A stretch of 64,000 nucleotides of DNA from the human T2T-CHM13v2.0 reference genome, Homo sapiens: NCBI RefSeq assembly GCF_009914755.1, contig NC_060935.1. One strand, written 5' to 3'. A program made the position numbers and the translations under genes. Shown one piece after another: positions 41,903 to 54,585 of the stretch (positions within the stretch are counted from its first letter, which is position 1; each line of letters begins with the position of its first letter). A model generated the notes under the pieces. The model was not told the DNA's origin and ran no database searches. It saw only the letters and a program-made list of their open reading frames with translations.

Positions 41903-42300
41903 CACCACTGTTCACACAAGCACACACAAGCCCACGTGCCCATGTGCCTGTATATGCTGCTTATGCATGCACACTACTGCGTAAGTGCGCACACACAGGT
42001 CCGCATCCACCCACAAGCACACTCACACACAGACACACAATACACACACAAACACAGTGCTCACATGGATGCATTAACACATACATGTGTGCACACATGC
42101 ACACACACACTTGTATGCATGAATATGAACACATGGATATGCATGCAAGGCATGCACACAAACACATGTGTTATATGTATGTAACACGATACACATGTAC
42201 ACAAACGTATGTGTGCATACATGAACAGAGTACTTGCATATACATGTATAAAGATGTGCAGACATACACATGCACATACATGCACACTCACACAGGCATG
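41903..42300. repeat. Degenerate (CA)/(CATG)/(TACA) alternating purine-pyrimidine low-complexity tract
   Basis: cacacacagacacacaatacacacac...acatacatgtgtgcacacatgcacacacac; source of the His/Thr/Cys/Val-rich ORFs on both strands. Confidence 0.9.
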
Positions 42301-42649
42301 CCAATTTCTCCCTATTTCAAAGAGAATAGGAAGCTGCCTCCCTCTCACAAGGTGACCTAAAGCATGGCTGCCAACTGTTCAATTACCTCTCACCCAACAG
42401 AAGCCAGAAAGCCTCTATGCAACCCATCTCTCCTTCTTACTGAAACCCCAGGCAAAGCTCCAGGCAAAGCTTGAGGCTAGGACACAGACACACCCTTCTC
42501 TGAAGTTCCCTTTTTGTCTCCTACTTCACTGGTCCTGCTGCCCAACATCTCTCTCTCTCCAGAGGGAATGGAGAAAAGGGATAAGGACAAAATTCAAATA
42601 AGTTGTTTGGAATCAGAGACCCATGGTGTACCAGAGGCAAGCAGCCTGT

Positions 42650-42850
42650 TTAATGGTAAAGGGTGTAGACTCTGAAACCAAACAGTCAAATCGCACCTCT
42701 GTAACTCTGGACAAATTCCTTAACTTCGCTGGGTCTGCCTCCCTGTTACATCAGGTGACATTGGTAATGGTCCATACCACCATCATATGGCACTGATTAA
42801 TTTATGGTGAAGTACTTAAAATAGCTCTGGCACATACTAAGCGCTCAATG
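42650..42850 (+). mobile_element. MIR
   Basis: gtagactctgaaaccaaacag...ggacaaattccttaacttc...ctggcacatactaagcgctcaat. Confidence 0.6.
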
Positions 42851-45411
42851 AGCTGGGGGCGCCTGGTCAGGACTCTTTCTATCTAGGGGCACTGGGGGTC
42901 ACTTGAGTCTCAGGCCCAGGCCTGGAGAAGTGGGGGTCAAACTCCAGCCCGGGCCAGTGGCAGCTAGCTGAGTGGTGCCCAGCTGGAAGCCTGAACACCA
43001 GCCTGGGAAACCCTTCCTGGCCAAGCCTGCCTGCTGCCCCCAACAAAGTAGATGCAGGACCCCAGCCATCACCTGCACCCAAGAAAGGACCAGGGAGGCT
43101 CACCTACGTTGGACCTGCCATTTTAGTGCATGTGGCGGCTGTCCTGGCTCTGGTCTGCCCTCCCTAAGAAGCAATGGGGTGGGCTGGCTGTCAGGAGAGA
43201 ACCAGAGAGGAGGTGCCCAAGTTGATGCCTCCCAGGCTTCCAGGAGTGGGAGAGTAGAGGAGATACAAGGTCCAGGGCCAGCGGGCCTGGATTTGAATTC
43301 CTGTCCTAGCACTTCCTGGCTATGTGGCCTTGAGCCTGTCCCTTTTTTCTTTTTTAGACCCTCTGAGACTTAGCTGCCTCATCTATGAAGTGGAGATGGT
43401 GACCACATCTACTTCCCTGGGAGATCATGATTATTCTTTTGTCAACAAAATTGATAGAATGACTACGATGAGCGGCACACTGGGTTAGTTGTTGTTGGGG
43501 TCTGGAGATGACCAGGATCATGTTCCTGTCACACTGGTCACCTTGGCTAGTCTGACCTAAACTACTCACTGTAATTTAGTCAGTCAATAACCAGGTAAAA
43601 CACAGCAGGATAAGGAGGAGCCAGGGTGCGTGGGAGCACTGAGGCCAACCTCCTAATCCAGCTGGGGCGGTGCTAGGGGCAGAACCATGGAGGAGTTTCT
43701 GGAAACAGTGGTAGTAACGCTGACTTTGGAAGTCTGGAGCTAAGCAAAGTGGGTGGGGTAGCGGAGGACATTCATTCCCAGCAAAGGAACAAACCAGGAT
43801 GGTCTGGCTATGGGCCACCATGCCCACAGATTGTGCAGACAAGCAGGAAGAAGTGCATGCTGGACAAAGCGATGAGACTGCCTGTGCGGGAGGATGTGGT
43901 CTTCTGTGGGAGTCAGAAGACCCAGGGCCCTAGCTCAGCTCTGCCATGCAAAGAAGTGGCACACTGGCAGGTTTCTGCCCAATGTAGGTCCGCAGTTTCC
44001 TCCCAAGAGCCAGCTAGGATTAATTGGCTGACCTTGGGTTCTGCCCATCTGACACTGTTGTTGGGAGGGACAGTTTCCTTCTGCCCATCTCTTGAGGCCC
44101 GCTGAGTTGTATGCCTTCTCCTGGCAACAGATATGGGAGGTTTCTAGCAAACATGGCCAGCATGAAGACCGGGTCCGTGAGCAAAGGAGATCCCTGGTCT
44201 GGGAGAGACAGAAGATTCCATCCAGCCTTCAAGCACATGAAGAGCTGGGAACCAGCCATTGCCTTGCTTGAAAGCAGCAGCAGGAGACAAGTGATGGGCT
44301 GGATTCAGGTTGGGCAAGGCACTGCCAACCCAGAGCAGACAGACATCTCCAGGGTATGGGATTCTTAAAAGAATATTTGATATTACCATTGCTTTGATGT
44401 GCTTTTAATCACAAATTCAAATTAACTTTGAAATTTCAAGTGGCATGAAAGAAGGGTATGTGATTTTTATGTTTATCAAAAGAGGACAGGAGTTCAAAAA
44501 GGAAGCAGAAACTGACTACAGCAAAGAAAACTTTTTTTTTCCCCCAGAAGTGGAAGTGGCTGAATTGTGGGATGGGGCGAGGGAACAGCTGGGACAGCTG
44601 GAGAGGGAACCTGAAAGAGTTCACGTTCACTGGGCACTTGCTCTGTGCCAGGTACTGGAATACCTGTGTCACATGAACAAGCCCCCAAAGTGCTTAGCCA
44701 GGCACTCAGCACAAAACACGTGGCCACCAAAAACCTGTTGAAGGACTGAAAGAACGAAGCAATGAATGCCAAGAGTCAAAGGCAGAGATGCCTCTATTGA
44801 CTGAAAATCCTGTTGCTTCTCTCCCTCTGGAAGTCTGTAGAGGTTGAATCATGCAGTCCCAGCTAAAGACATTGGTCCATTGGGATTTGCTGAAAAGTCT
44901 GGTAACTGAAACCAGCAGGCTCAGAGCTGTGCTCCCACCATTTTCTTGATTTGACAAGGAAGATGAGGAGGGGAGGGGAAACATGGCCTTCGAGCTGCAG
45001 AGCAGGCAGAGCCTGGTCGCTACTGTCAGGAATGCTTGCAGAGGTTGGGTAACGTGGTCGCAGGGAGGCTCAGGGTTGATCATCTGACTCTGAGGATGGG
45101 AAGTGAGTTCAGGCCAGGAAAAGAAACTTACCTTCTCCTCTGCACTCCACCCCACATTCATGTCATATCCCTGGGATGCAACAGGGAAGCCCCAAGGACC
45201 CCGGCCCAGGAAGAATCACTCCACCCAGTGGTGCCTGCAGCCAGAGGCTAGCTCTGGGGGAGCTGAGGCGGAGGCAGCTGTCCCAGGCTCCTCAGCTGCA
45301 GCACAGATGGAGGACAACAATTAGAACAGTGACTCACAAAGAATCAGAGTGCCCTGGAGCCATGCTAAAATGCAGGTTTCAGGCCTTGCCCCAGATCTAC
45401 AGATTCAAAAT

Positions 45412-45835
45412 TCTTTCATTAAATCCATATTTATTGAACAACTACAAATACCAGGCACTATTCTAGGTGCTGGAGATGCTTCACGTGGCAAAATAAATGC
45501 CCCTGTCTTCATGGAGCTTACACACTGGGGGAGGGAAATGTGCAAATAATTAGGAGAGAGTAAATGAGTGAGCACAGTATGTCAGAAGGCAGTTGGAGAT
45601 ACAGAGGAAAAGAAACAAGGGGTGGGGTGAGGAGTGACAGGGAGGAGTGCTGCCCTTTAAACGGAGTGATTCACTGACCTCCCTAGTGGGAAGGAGGCAT
45701 TTGAGTAAAGGCCTAAAGAGGAAAAGGAGCAAGCTGTGCAGATATGGAGCAGGGTAGAGGGGAGGGGGTAGAAAGAACATTCCAGGTGGAGAAAACAGCA
45801 AGGGCAAATGTCCTGAGGCAGTGGCATGCCTGGTA
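45412..45835 (-). mobile_element. L2 3' region
   Basis: atatttattgaacaactac...ccaggcactattctaggtgctggaga...agaacattccaggtggagaaaacagcaagggcaaatgtcctgagg. Confidence 0.75.
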
Positions 45836-45861
45836 TGAATCTCCATATTATTCAAAAAATA

Positions 45862-45993
45862 AAATTTTAATAATATACAGACGGGGTCTTGCTATGTTGT
45901 ACAGGCTGGCCTTGAACTCCTGGGCTCAAGTGATCCTCCTGCCTTGGCCTACCAAAGTGCTGGGATTACAGGCATGAGCCACCACACACTGCC
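45862..45993 (-). mobile_element. FLAM_C / free left Alu monomer
   Basis: agacggggtcttgctatgttg...ttgaactcctgggctcaagtgatcctcctgcc...ccaccacacactgcc, a single monomer. Degenerate TSD aatctccatattatt / aatgtccatattttt. Confidence 0.85.
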
Positions 45994-46449
45994 AAATGTC
46001 CATATTTTTAACCAAACTCAAATGCTAAAGTTTGAGACTGCTGCAGCAGAGTGACAGCATGATAGATCGGAGCCAGCCCCTGAAAAAGTGGAGCTTGTTG
46101 AGAAAGTTGCTAAGGAGACAGAGAACAGGGATTCAGGCTCCTACATAACGGCCACTTACAGAGCCTTCAGTCCCTGGCTTCTGAGCGAGAGCTAAAGGTC
46201 TAGAGAGGCTTGGAAGAAGAAAGCAGTGATTGACTGCCCTGTTCCTTTGCCCTGTTCCTCAGTTCCTGTGTTTGAGGAAGCACAGGCCTGACCCAAAGCA
46301 AAGGTGTGGCCAAAGAGAGCTTGGGGAGACACGAGGCGCCAGCATGCACGGAACCAGTAATAGAAGCCTGGGAAGGAAGGCTTAGTGAGGAAGACATTCC
46401 GACGGCTCTGCTCGGCTGAGTAATTTAGAGTTTTAAACACCAACATCCC

Positions 46450-46630
46450 TTCCATTGTGTTATCTCATTCAAGCCTCCCAACAACCCCTGAGGTGGGAAT
46501 TATACATCTCAATTTTACAGATAAGGAAAATAGGGTTCGCAGAGGTTAAGAACACACAGGTAGCACAAAGTCAGAAAGAGCTGGAATGGAAAAGCTGGCC
46601 GAATGCCAAATTCTGCGCTCTTCCCACCAA
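46450..46630 (-). mobile_element. MIR
   Basis: tatctcattcaagcctcccaacaacccctgagg...attttacagataaggaaaa...agaggttaag. Confidence 0.7.
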
Positions 46631-47544
46631 AACAGCTGTCTTTCAACAGTGGCTACTTGTCAGCTGTTGTCATGATTATTGTTCCTGCTGTTATTTTTAT
46701 CACTGTCATTTTAAGTCACCCTTGGCACCCAGAAGCTTACAGGGAACTTTCACTCCGATTCCCCCACCTCATCCCCAGTGCCTCTGTGAGGCAGACAGGG
46801 CAAGGCAGGGCCTGATGTCCCCATCGTGGCACATGAGAAAACCTAAGCCCAGAGACCCATGGCCAGAAAGCAGCAGAACCGAGCCTGGAAACCAAGTCCT
46901 AGAACATTTCATCCCCACTTTAGACTTATCTGCCGAACTCCCCATGGCAGGGACTAGGTCTGATCCATCACCCTCTTCCTTCCGTTAGCCCAGGCTGGTA
47001 CTACAGAAATCTTAGTTGAACCGAGCTGAGTTGGCCTGATTTGAAAAACATGAAAGTCTTGCACTGAGAGGCCCAAGAGAAGCAGCTCCCCGCGTGGAGT
47101 CTGCACAGGGTCTGGCCATAGCCGCTTTCCTCCAAGTCAGGCTGAGATCCGAAGGGCCTTTAGCCATGTCCTAAGGCTAGAGAGGGGCCACGTCCTCCAG
47201 GAGCTCACTCTAGTGTCTCTTCTTCCCCTTTTGAGGGTTCAGCTCAGCCTGGGGTCAAGGAACCCCATTCCTGGTTACCTCCCTGTCCCATTCCACATGG
47301 GAACTCTAGCCAGGGCCAGGCCCCTTCCCACCATGTCTGGCCTCCGCTCTGGCCCTGTTGGCCATCAGGCCACTGAGCCTGCTGCTGCGCTTGACTCTGG
47401 GTACCCATCACCACAGCCACATTGCCTCCTGCTGCCTCCCTGTTCCCTCACAGGGCAGGAGAAAGACAAGTCCTTTATTTTCGGAGGCAACTCTTGCTTC
47501 TGTGCCCTGGATCCCATCTTCCTCCTCAGAGGCCCTGCTCCAAA

Positions 47545-47910
47545 CTCTGGCCTCAGGTGCCCACCTCCCCAGACCCATTAAATCACTAGCAGTAAAACCT
47601 GGGCCCTGAATTTCTTTAAAGCCCTCCAAGTGATTCTAATATGCACTCAGGGTCTCAAGAACAACCTACCTTTAAGAAAAGAGAACTAGAACACAATAAA
47701 ATACAATAGAATTGAATTGAACAGAATATAATAGAAAATAGCAGAGTGCTTTGCACATTGTGAGGGTAAGTATTGTTTCTTAAAAGTCGTGTTCCCATCG
47801 TGTGTGTATGGGTGTGAGTGGGTGTGTCATCCTGGGTCATGATGTAACTTTATTTCTTACTGTAGAGGATGGTAATTTTTAATTTTTATTTTTGGAAAAC
47901 ATTGCTCCAG
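47545..47910. mobile_element. hAT-Charlie (MER5-like) relics with an internal (AGAAT)n-like repeat
   Basis: ccagacccattaaatcac...ctccaagtgattctaatatgcac; agaactagaac...atagaattgaattgaacagaat; gggtcatgatgtaactttatttcttactgt. Confidence 0.5.
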
Positions 47911-48736
47911 TTCCTGCCTGAGCTTGTGATTCTCCTCTACAGTCAAGAATCCTCGAGGAAAAATCTCCCCTCACTGCCTGCTCTTTATCTTCATCTGGCT
48001 TCGACAGCCCCCATCTCCAACATTCCACTAAAGCTTCTCACTGAGGTTTCCCAGGTCTGTCCCTTCCACACCCAGTGGCTTCTGCTCAGGTTCCTTGTCC
48101 TTCCACCTGTCTGTGGTTTCATGTGAATAGACAGTTCTCTTATTCCTGAAATTCTCTCTGCCCACGGAGACTGTGCTGTCTTCCAGATTCTCCCGAGCAT
48201 TCCTCCTCTCTCACCTGCTAACGCTCTTCCTCCCGATGCCTACATATCTTACCCTCAGTATTCTCTCAAGCTTCTAACTTTCGGTTCTTTCCTCTGCCCT
48301 TTTGACCTCCTCTCCTTCCAGTCAATGGCTTTAATTACTCTACGCGTGAGACTCCAAATCCGTATTCCCACATTTCCCCTCTGGGGCTCCCGCCGTGCAG
48401 TTTGCTGGCTTATGTGCTTGCCTCCTGGAAATGGGGTAGAACTCAGGGAGGGTAATAGTGACAGGGATCAATTCACAGTCACACATGATGTGACCACTGC
48501 AGGCAGGTGAGGCAAGCAAAGGAGGATTTATCATCTCCATTTTCCAGAGAGAGAGAAAGAGACGCTGAGAGGCTGAGGGACTTTTCCGTGGTCAGTTATC
48601 ATCCATGGTGGAGAGGGTTCCAGAATCTATGACTTCAGGCTTTAGTCCAGAGCTCTGGCCCTTCACACCATGCACTGGACACCAAATATGTTCAAAAGTG
48701 AAGCCACACGTTATTCCTGAAACTAAAGCTTCTCTA

Positions 48737-49435
<699 letters not shown>

Positions 49436-51063
49436 CTCTAGAGCTTTGGTTGTGAAAGGTCTAGGGTGCTGCTCGTCTGCATCCCTGATGACGGACTACT
49501 GCACCAGGGCATTGCTCCTGCTGCCTGCCTCTTCTGGGGCAATGCATTGCCATCCTCTGAATCACCCTGGCTTGAAACTCTGAGCCATCATTGACCTCCC
49601 CTCTGTTGGCCCGCCTGCCCATGGCTTCTCAGCCAAATGGTCCAACAGATTTTTCCTTCATAATACCTCTCAGGCCTATAACTTCTCCCTGACTCCAGGC
49701 CTCTTGACTTCTCTCTCTACTGCTGCAATAGCCTTCTCATCCATTTCCCTTCTTCAAGATGCCCTTTTCCCCCGCCAATATAATAAAGCATGACCAAATT
49801 CCTCCATTGCCCAACTCTGACCCCATCATTCCTCTGACCAAAAGCTTTAGATAGTTATTGCCATTTACAAAATAGAGTTCAAACTCTTTAAGTTCAAATA
49901 GGAAATCCTCTATATCTGATTCACTTTCCTTATCTAAATTTCTCAGACTCAATATCAGCTTTGTCCATATGACTTAGAGTCCAAATGGCATCCTTAAGGA
50001 CATGAAAAGGTTCTCACTACAGGGAAGAAATGAAAGGCTCCGAGATTTCTTCCTCCTAGTGCTCCATACTCTTCTCTCTTATTATGTGAGGAGTTCAGCC
50101 TCTTGCTTGGGGAATGTTTTCATCCTTGAATGCTGGTTCTTCCATCCTGTGCCTCCTTACAATGTAAGACGTGAGGAGGATCAGCAGGCCTAGGTGAAGT
50201 CCAGGGATAGAGTGTGTGGGGCAGGCTAGTCAGGCTGTCTGGCATTAGTCACTAGGGAATGGGAGTTTTCTTAGGCGCCCGTTTTTTGGGTCCCAGGCTA
50301 GATGATGGTAGGCAGCCATCAGAGATGGGAGCTGAGCCCTTCCTGTCTCCCCCATGATAGACAATTACCTTTAAGACTATGTTGCCTATTTGCATCCTCG
50401 ATGCCTTTTCCTTTCTTCATGTCCACGGAACAATGAAAGTCAAATGATTCTCCAGCAAAGCCCTTCAGAAATTTCTAAAATCCCCTTACAGCACTGCTCC
50501 CACACTTCTTACCACATGATGATAAAATGAAAATGAAGATTTGCTTTCTCAGATTAAATACATTTCAATTATCCAATGTATTTCAGCTTTAATTGATAAC
50601 AAATCACAAATTGCCCATCTGAACTTCTCATTACAGCAACTGATTCACTAGGAAATTTATTACCTGACAGCAAAGAAAGCTCAAAAGATAAAACAAGCTT
50701 AGTGTTTCTATGATACAGTGACCCAGCAGTCTATTTTGAGAAATCATGCATTATCAGAAATACATTCATATAAATGGTCCTATCAAGAACACTGGTTTTT
50801 CAGCTGTCTCAAAATGTGGTCTTTCAGTCTGGAATGGTATATGATGGCATATGGGGGGGCAAAGAATCAGAGACCAAGAAATGTACACCAGGGAAAAGGG
50901 GTGGCTGGTAGTGCTGGAGAAAGAGAGTTAGTGATTTGATGGCTTCAACAAGGTGTTTGCAGGCCACCCAGGGTCTGGCTAGGGACAGATGGAACAGGGA
51001 ACAGGGGATCCAGCAAAGAGGCTAGACATTCAACAAGTCTGTTGCTGTCATTGAGTTACGTGT

Positions 51064-51140
51064 CCACTGCCATCCCCATCATCACCACCACTACAACCTC
51101 CATCACCACCAGCACCATCATCACCACTGCCACTGCTAAC
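51064..51140. repeat. Degenerate (CAC/CAT)n trinucleotide repeat
   Basis: ccactgccatccccatcatcaccaccactacaacctccatcaccaccagcaccatcatcaccactgccact. Confidence 0.85.
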
Positions 51141-51532
51141 ATAACACCAGTGAACAATCTTCCAGGCAGAGGCTGTGGAACCCTACTAGGTGAAATGATG
51201 CATCATGGAAAAGAGTCACTGGACATGTTCACTGTGTACATGGTAGGGTAGGAGGTCAGGGCCTTCTATCTTATCTATTGCACTGGAATATGGGAGGGGA
51301 GAGTAGCCAGCCAGGAGAAAAAGCCTAAGGACCAGACCCCTCTGGGATGCAGAGGCCATGCTCAGACGGAGTGAACCTTCTGAAGCAGTGGCCACCATGA
51401 ATTTCTCATCTATGCTCCAGAGAAAGAGCAGCCACAGACAGCCTTGAGCAAATGTGAACCACGACGCTGAACCATCAGCTTAGATGTCAGCCAGGAAGTA
51501 GGGCCTGGGCCCTGGGAAGCTCCGACACTCAC

Positions 51533-51699
51533 CGTTACTGCTGTTGTCATCCACCAGAATGATCTCCTTGAGCAGATGTGGGGGCGTGCGTTCCATGGCC
51601 GAGTGGATGGAGCGCAGCAGCACTGAAAGCGCTTCATTGACGAAGATGAACACGATGCTCACCTCTGGCAGGCTGTCAGGAAATGAGAGGTTACGGCAC
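51533..51699 (-). CDS. GALNT18: Internal coding exon (167 bp, probably exon 3) of polypeptide N-acetylgalactosaminyltransferase 18, start of the GT-A catalytic domain
   Basis: Translation [55 protein letters not shown] carries the ppGalNAc-T motifs LP-x-VS-(I/V)-...-NEA-x-S-x-LLR and LL-x-EIILVDD. The FIFVNEAL variant is typical of the GALNT8/9/17/18 subfamily and the peptide matches my recollection of GALNT18. Acceptor gttctttgcag|G (AG at 51701-51700), donor AACG|gtgagt (GT at 51532-51531). Length is 1 + 55 codons + 1 nt. Confidence 0.95.
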
Positions 51700-53259
51700 C
51701 TGCAAAGAACAGCCAAGCGCTTAGATTTGTGACTCAGCTGGAGTCATCTCAGGAGCTGACCCAGCCCATGTCCTGGCTCCAGCTTTGCTGGAGGGCTCGG
51801 GAGTCCAGATTCTTCCAAGGGCCCCTTCTTTGATGCACTTAAGATGAGCCCTAAATGTCCAGCAGAAAGGCCCACAAGCATTGAAACCAGTTCACCCCAC
51901 ACCTGAGTTGAAGTTGTCAGTGACTATGCCAGCTGAACAGTAATGCCATGAGCACTTAGGACAGCACATGGCAGCTGGCAGGTAGTCCCTGATTGTTTAC
52001 TGGAAGAATGATTCAATGTTTCTAAATCCAGTAGAATGGGGAATGCAACCAAAGTAAATTCGTAGTATTTCCAAAATGGTAACCAACACCTAGGTGAGGC
52101 CAGACCTCAGGCATCCAGCCTCAGGAGACAAAGACGCCTCCTCCCAGAGACTTCTGCCAAAATCTACTTCCCTTTACTCCAGAAGGCATACTGCCTGCAA
52201 CTTCTCCTGCTTCTCACTCATCACAGAAATCCAGTTTCCAGAACAGGGTTGGAGCTAGAAACAGTCTCAACATGAGGAAAAGGTAGAAGGACCAGGTCCA
52301 GTCTCATTTCACAGACAGGGAGCATGAGGCTCAAAGAGGTTGAGTTCCCACCTATGGCTGCACTCTGAGTCAGCTACCATGACAGAATCCCAACTCTGGT
52401 CCTCTGACACCTGCACCAGGATCTCTCCTTGAAGCAGAAATGGCCATGAAAGAGAATGCCCCTAACTGGCCCATTTCCCCTTAGCTCTGCTGAAATCCTG
52501 AAGCCATTTGGTGGTCTCTTGAGGACTTGAGGTATTCCCCACATGAAGAGGAACACACAGTTCTGAAATCAGATCCCATGAGAGGCCAGACGATGAAAAG
52601 TGCCGTGTCTCCTGAGGGTAGTTCCCTCCTCTGCAAGCATAGTCTTTATGGGCAGGAGACCACTGCTGGTGCCCTTCCCTGCCTGATACTAAATGCTGTT
52701 CTAGAAGGCACTAAGCTCCCATTTTCTGTGTAGATGAATGAAAGAATGGGGCAGCAATCACAGCCCTGTCCCAGGCCCTGGGTTTGGAGAGGAGGGTTCC
52801 CACTGAAGGCTCCAGGGCGTTAGGGCTGGTGACCATGTTCCACTGCTCCAGAGTGGGAGGTGCAGCCAGGTCAGAACATGCAATAATGAGCATAATTGCA
52901 CAGGGCTTCTGCTTGTTGGTAATTGCAGTTGCAGAAAAAAGTGTTGCAGAATAGGAATGGGCCTGCTCTTCCTTAATGAGGAAGGCTGCAGGATAACCAG
53001 CAATGAGCAATTTGGAGAAATCACCATGGGGCCCCAGCCTGCTTAAGAGCATGAGATTAATAAACTAAGATCAGCATCTCCATGGTTACCAGAAATTTAC
53101 AGAAACTTTTCCCATTCTATTTCCAGCTCTCCTTCTCTCTCGCCAGAGAGGAATGGGGGAAAGAAGGAGTTGACCCTTTTCCTAAATCTACTTCGTACTT
53201 GTGATTTTAATAAAACCAAGTTAATAGATTGGTGTAGAATTCCTTTGTTCTTGCATTTA

Positions 53260-53700
53260 ATGGAATAAATATTTATTGAGTATCTTCCACTAGGCAGGCA
53301 GTGCTACAGGCACTGAGGGTACAGCAGGAAGTGGACACAGTCCCACAGTCCCTGTCCTTATGGAGCTTATGCTTTGACAGAAAAACAGATACATACGGAA
53401 GAAAAAATACAATTTCATATAAGTGCTAAGATGAAAAGAAACTCTAGGCAAGAGAATGAGATGATGTCCTGGCAGCTGTTGTAGAAGGGGTGGTCAGGAA
53501 GGCCTCTCTGAGGAAGAGAGATTGGATCAGAAACTTAAATGGCATGCAAAAGTGAGTCGTGCAAGGGTTCTGTGGATCCAAGGAAACCAGTGCTGTGGCT
53601 GGAGAGGAGGGAACCAGCTGATTTAACCATGGTGAAAGAATGAAGGGAATAGGGAGGTGAGGGGAGGAACTTGAATGAAGGAGAAAGACTGGTATGCCTT
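53260..53700 (-). mobile_element. L2 3' region
   Basis: aaatatttattgagtatct...ccctgtccttatggagctta...gtggtcaggaaggcctctctgaggaag. Confidence 0.7.
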
Positions 53701-54399
53701 CTGAAGCTCATCGGATCTTTTTCAATTTTTTGGAAAAGAAAAATGTGAATACAATTTTTAGAACAGCAATTAAAAGATTTATGGTTGACAGTCAAATAAG
53801 TCCTCTAGCTAGTATTTATTTATGGAGATCAAGACCAGCAGTTGGGTTTTCCCTAGGCATGGAAACTGACAGAGATGAGTATTAACACAAACACCACTTG
53901 CTAATTGCATTTAAAAAGTAATACCATCTGTGGCCAAACAAATAGTACATGAATTCTTCTTTTATATAAAGTATAATAGACAGCTCCCAAGAAGGCCAAT
54001 GGATTGGCACAAGTTCACTGTCCTCCCTACTAAAACTCCACCAGCAATGAAGACTTTGCTTCTGTATCTCTCTGCACCTCCCCATGGGGTCTGCACTGCG
54101 TTCCCAGAGCCTCAGTATCCAAATTTCCAGGGTGTTCAGAGATGGGGGTTAACTACTTCCCCCTACTCTCTTCCCTTCTTACTTCTGAACGTGGTGCCCA
54201 GTCTCCCCCTTCTGAGGAGACCAATTTTAATTCCTCCCAGTAGCAGCCCTGATGGTTTGAGCTGCCAGTCTCTGGAAGCTGGTCTCCGGATGGTCTTTCT
54301 CCACGCAGAATGAAATGCTGTATTTGTATAATAAGCTAAGCCCTGCTGATCACGATTTTCACAAGAAAGACTTTTGAACATAAAGTTTTCATAAGAAAA

Positions 54400-54585
54400 C
54401 TCATTTGAACATAGCTGAACACATTCTCTAGGGCATCACATTCGAACCTGTTTATTGTCTGCCCCTCTCTACTAGAATGAAGCCCCCTGAGAGCAGGAAC
54501 TTTGCTTTTGGACTGTGCTGTCTCCCAACCTTGGACCACAGTCTGGCACTTAGTAGGCACTCCATGAATGTTTTTGGAATGAAAC
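54400..54585 (+). mobile_element. L2 3' end
   Basis: tttattgtctgccc...actagaatgaagccccctgagagcagg...cagtctggcacttagtaggcactccatgaatgtttttggaatgaa. Confidence 0.75.

Noticed and set aside
41884-42360. His/Thr/Cys-rich ORFs on both strands
   Set aside because: Translation artefacts of the (CA)/(TG) low-complexity tract.
42448-42471. 12-bp tandem duplication CCAGGCAAAGCT x2 (similar short duplications near 7598, 14295 and 40915)
   Set aside because: Ordinary slippage duplications with no sign of function.
44445-44741. 98-aa charged, protein-looking ORF
   Set aside because: No recognisable homology or processed-pseudogene hallmarks (poly(A), TSD). A tblastn/BLASTP search would settle it.
51480-51716. 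Listed 78-aa ORF as a standalone gene
   Set aside because: Only 51533-51699 is exonic. The flanking residues (MAVLCR and GECRSF...) are intron read-through across the splice sites.
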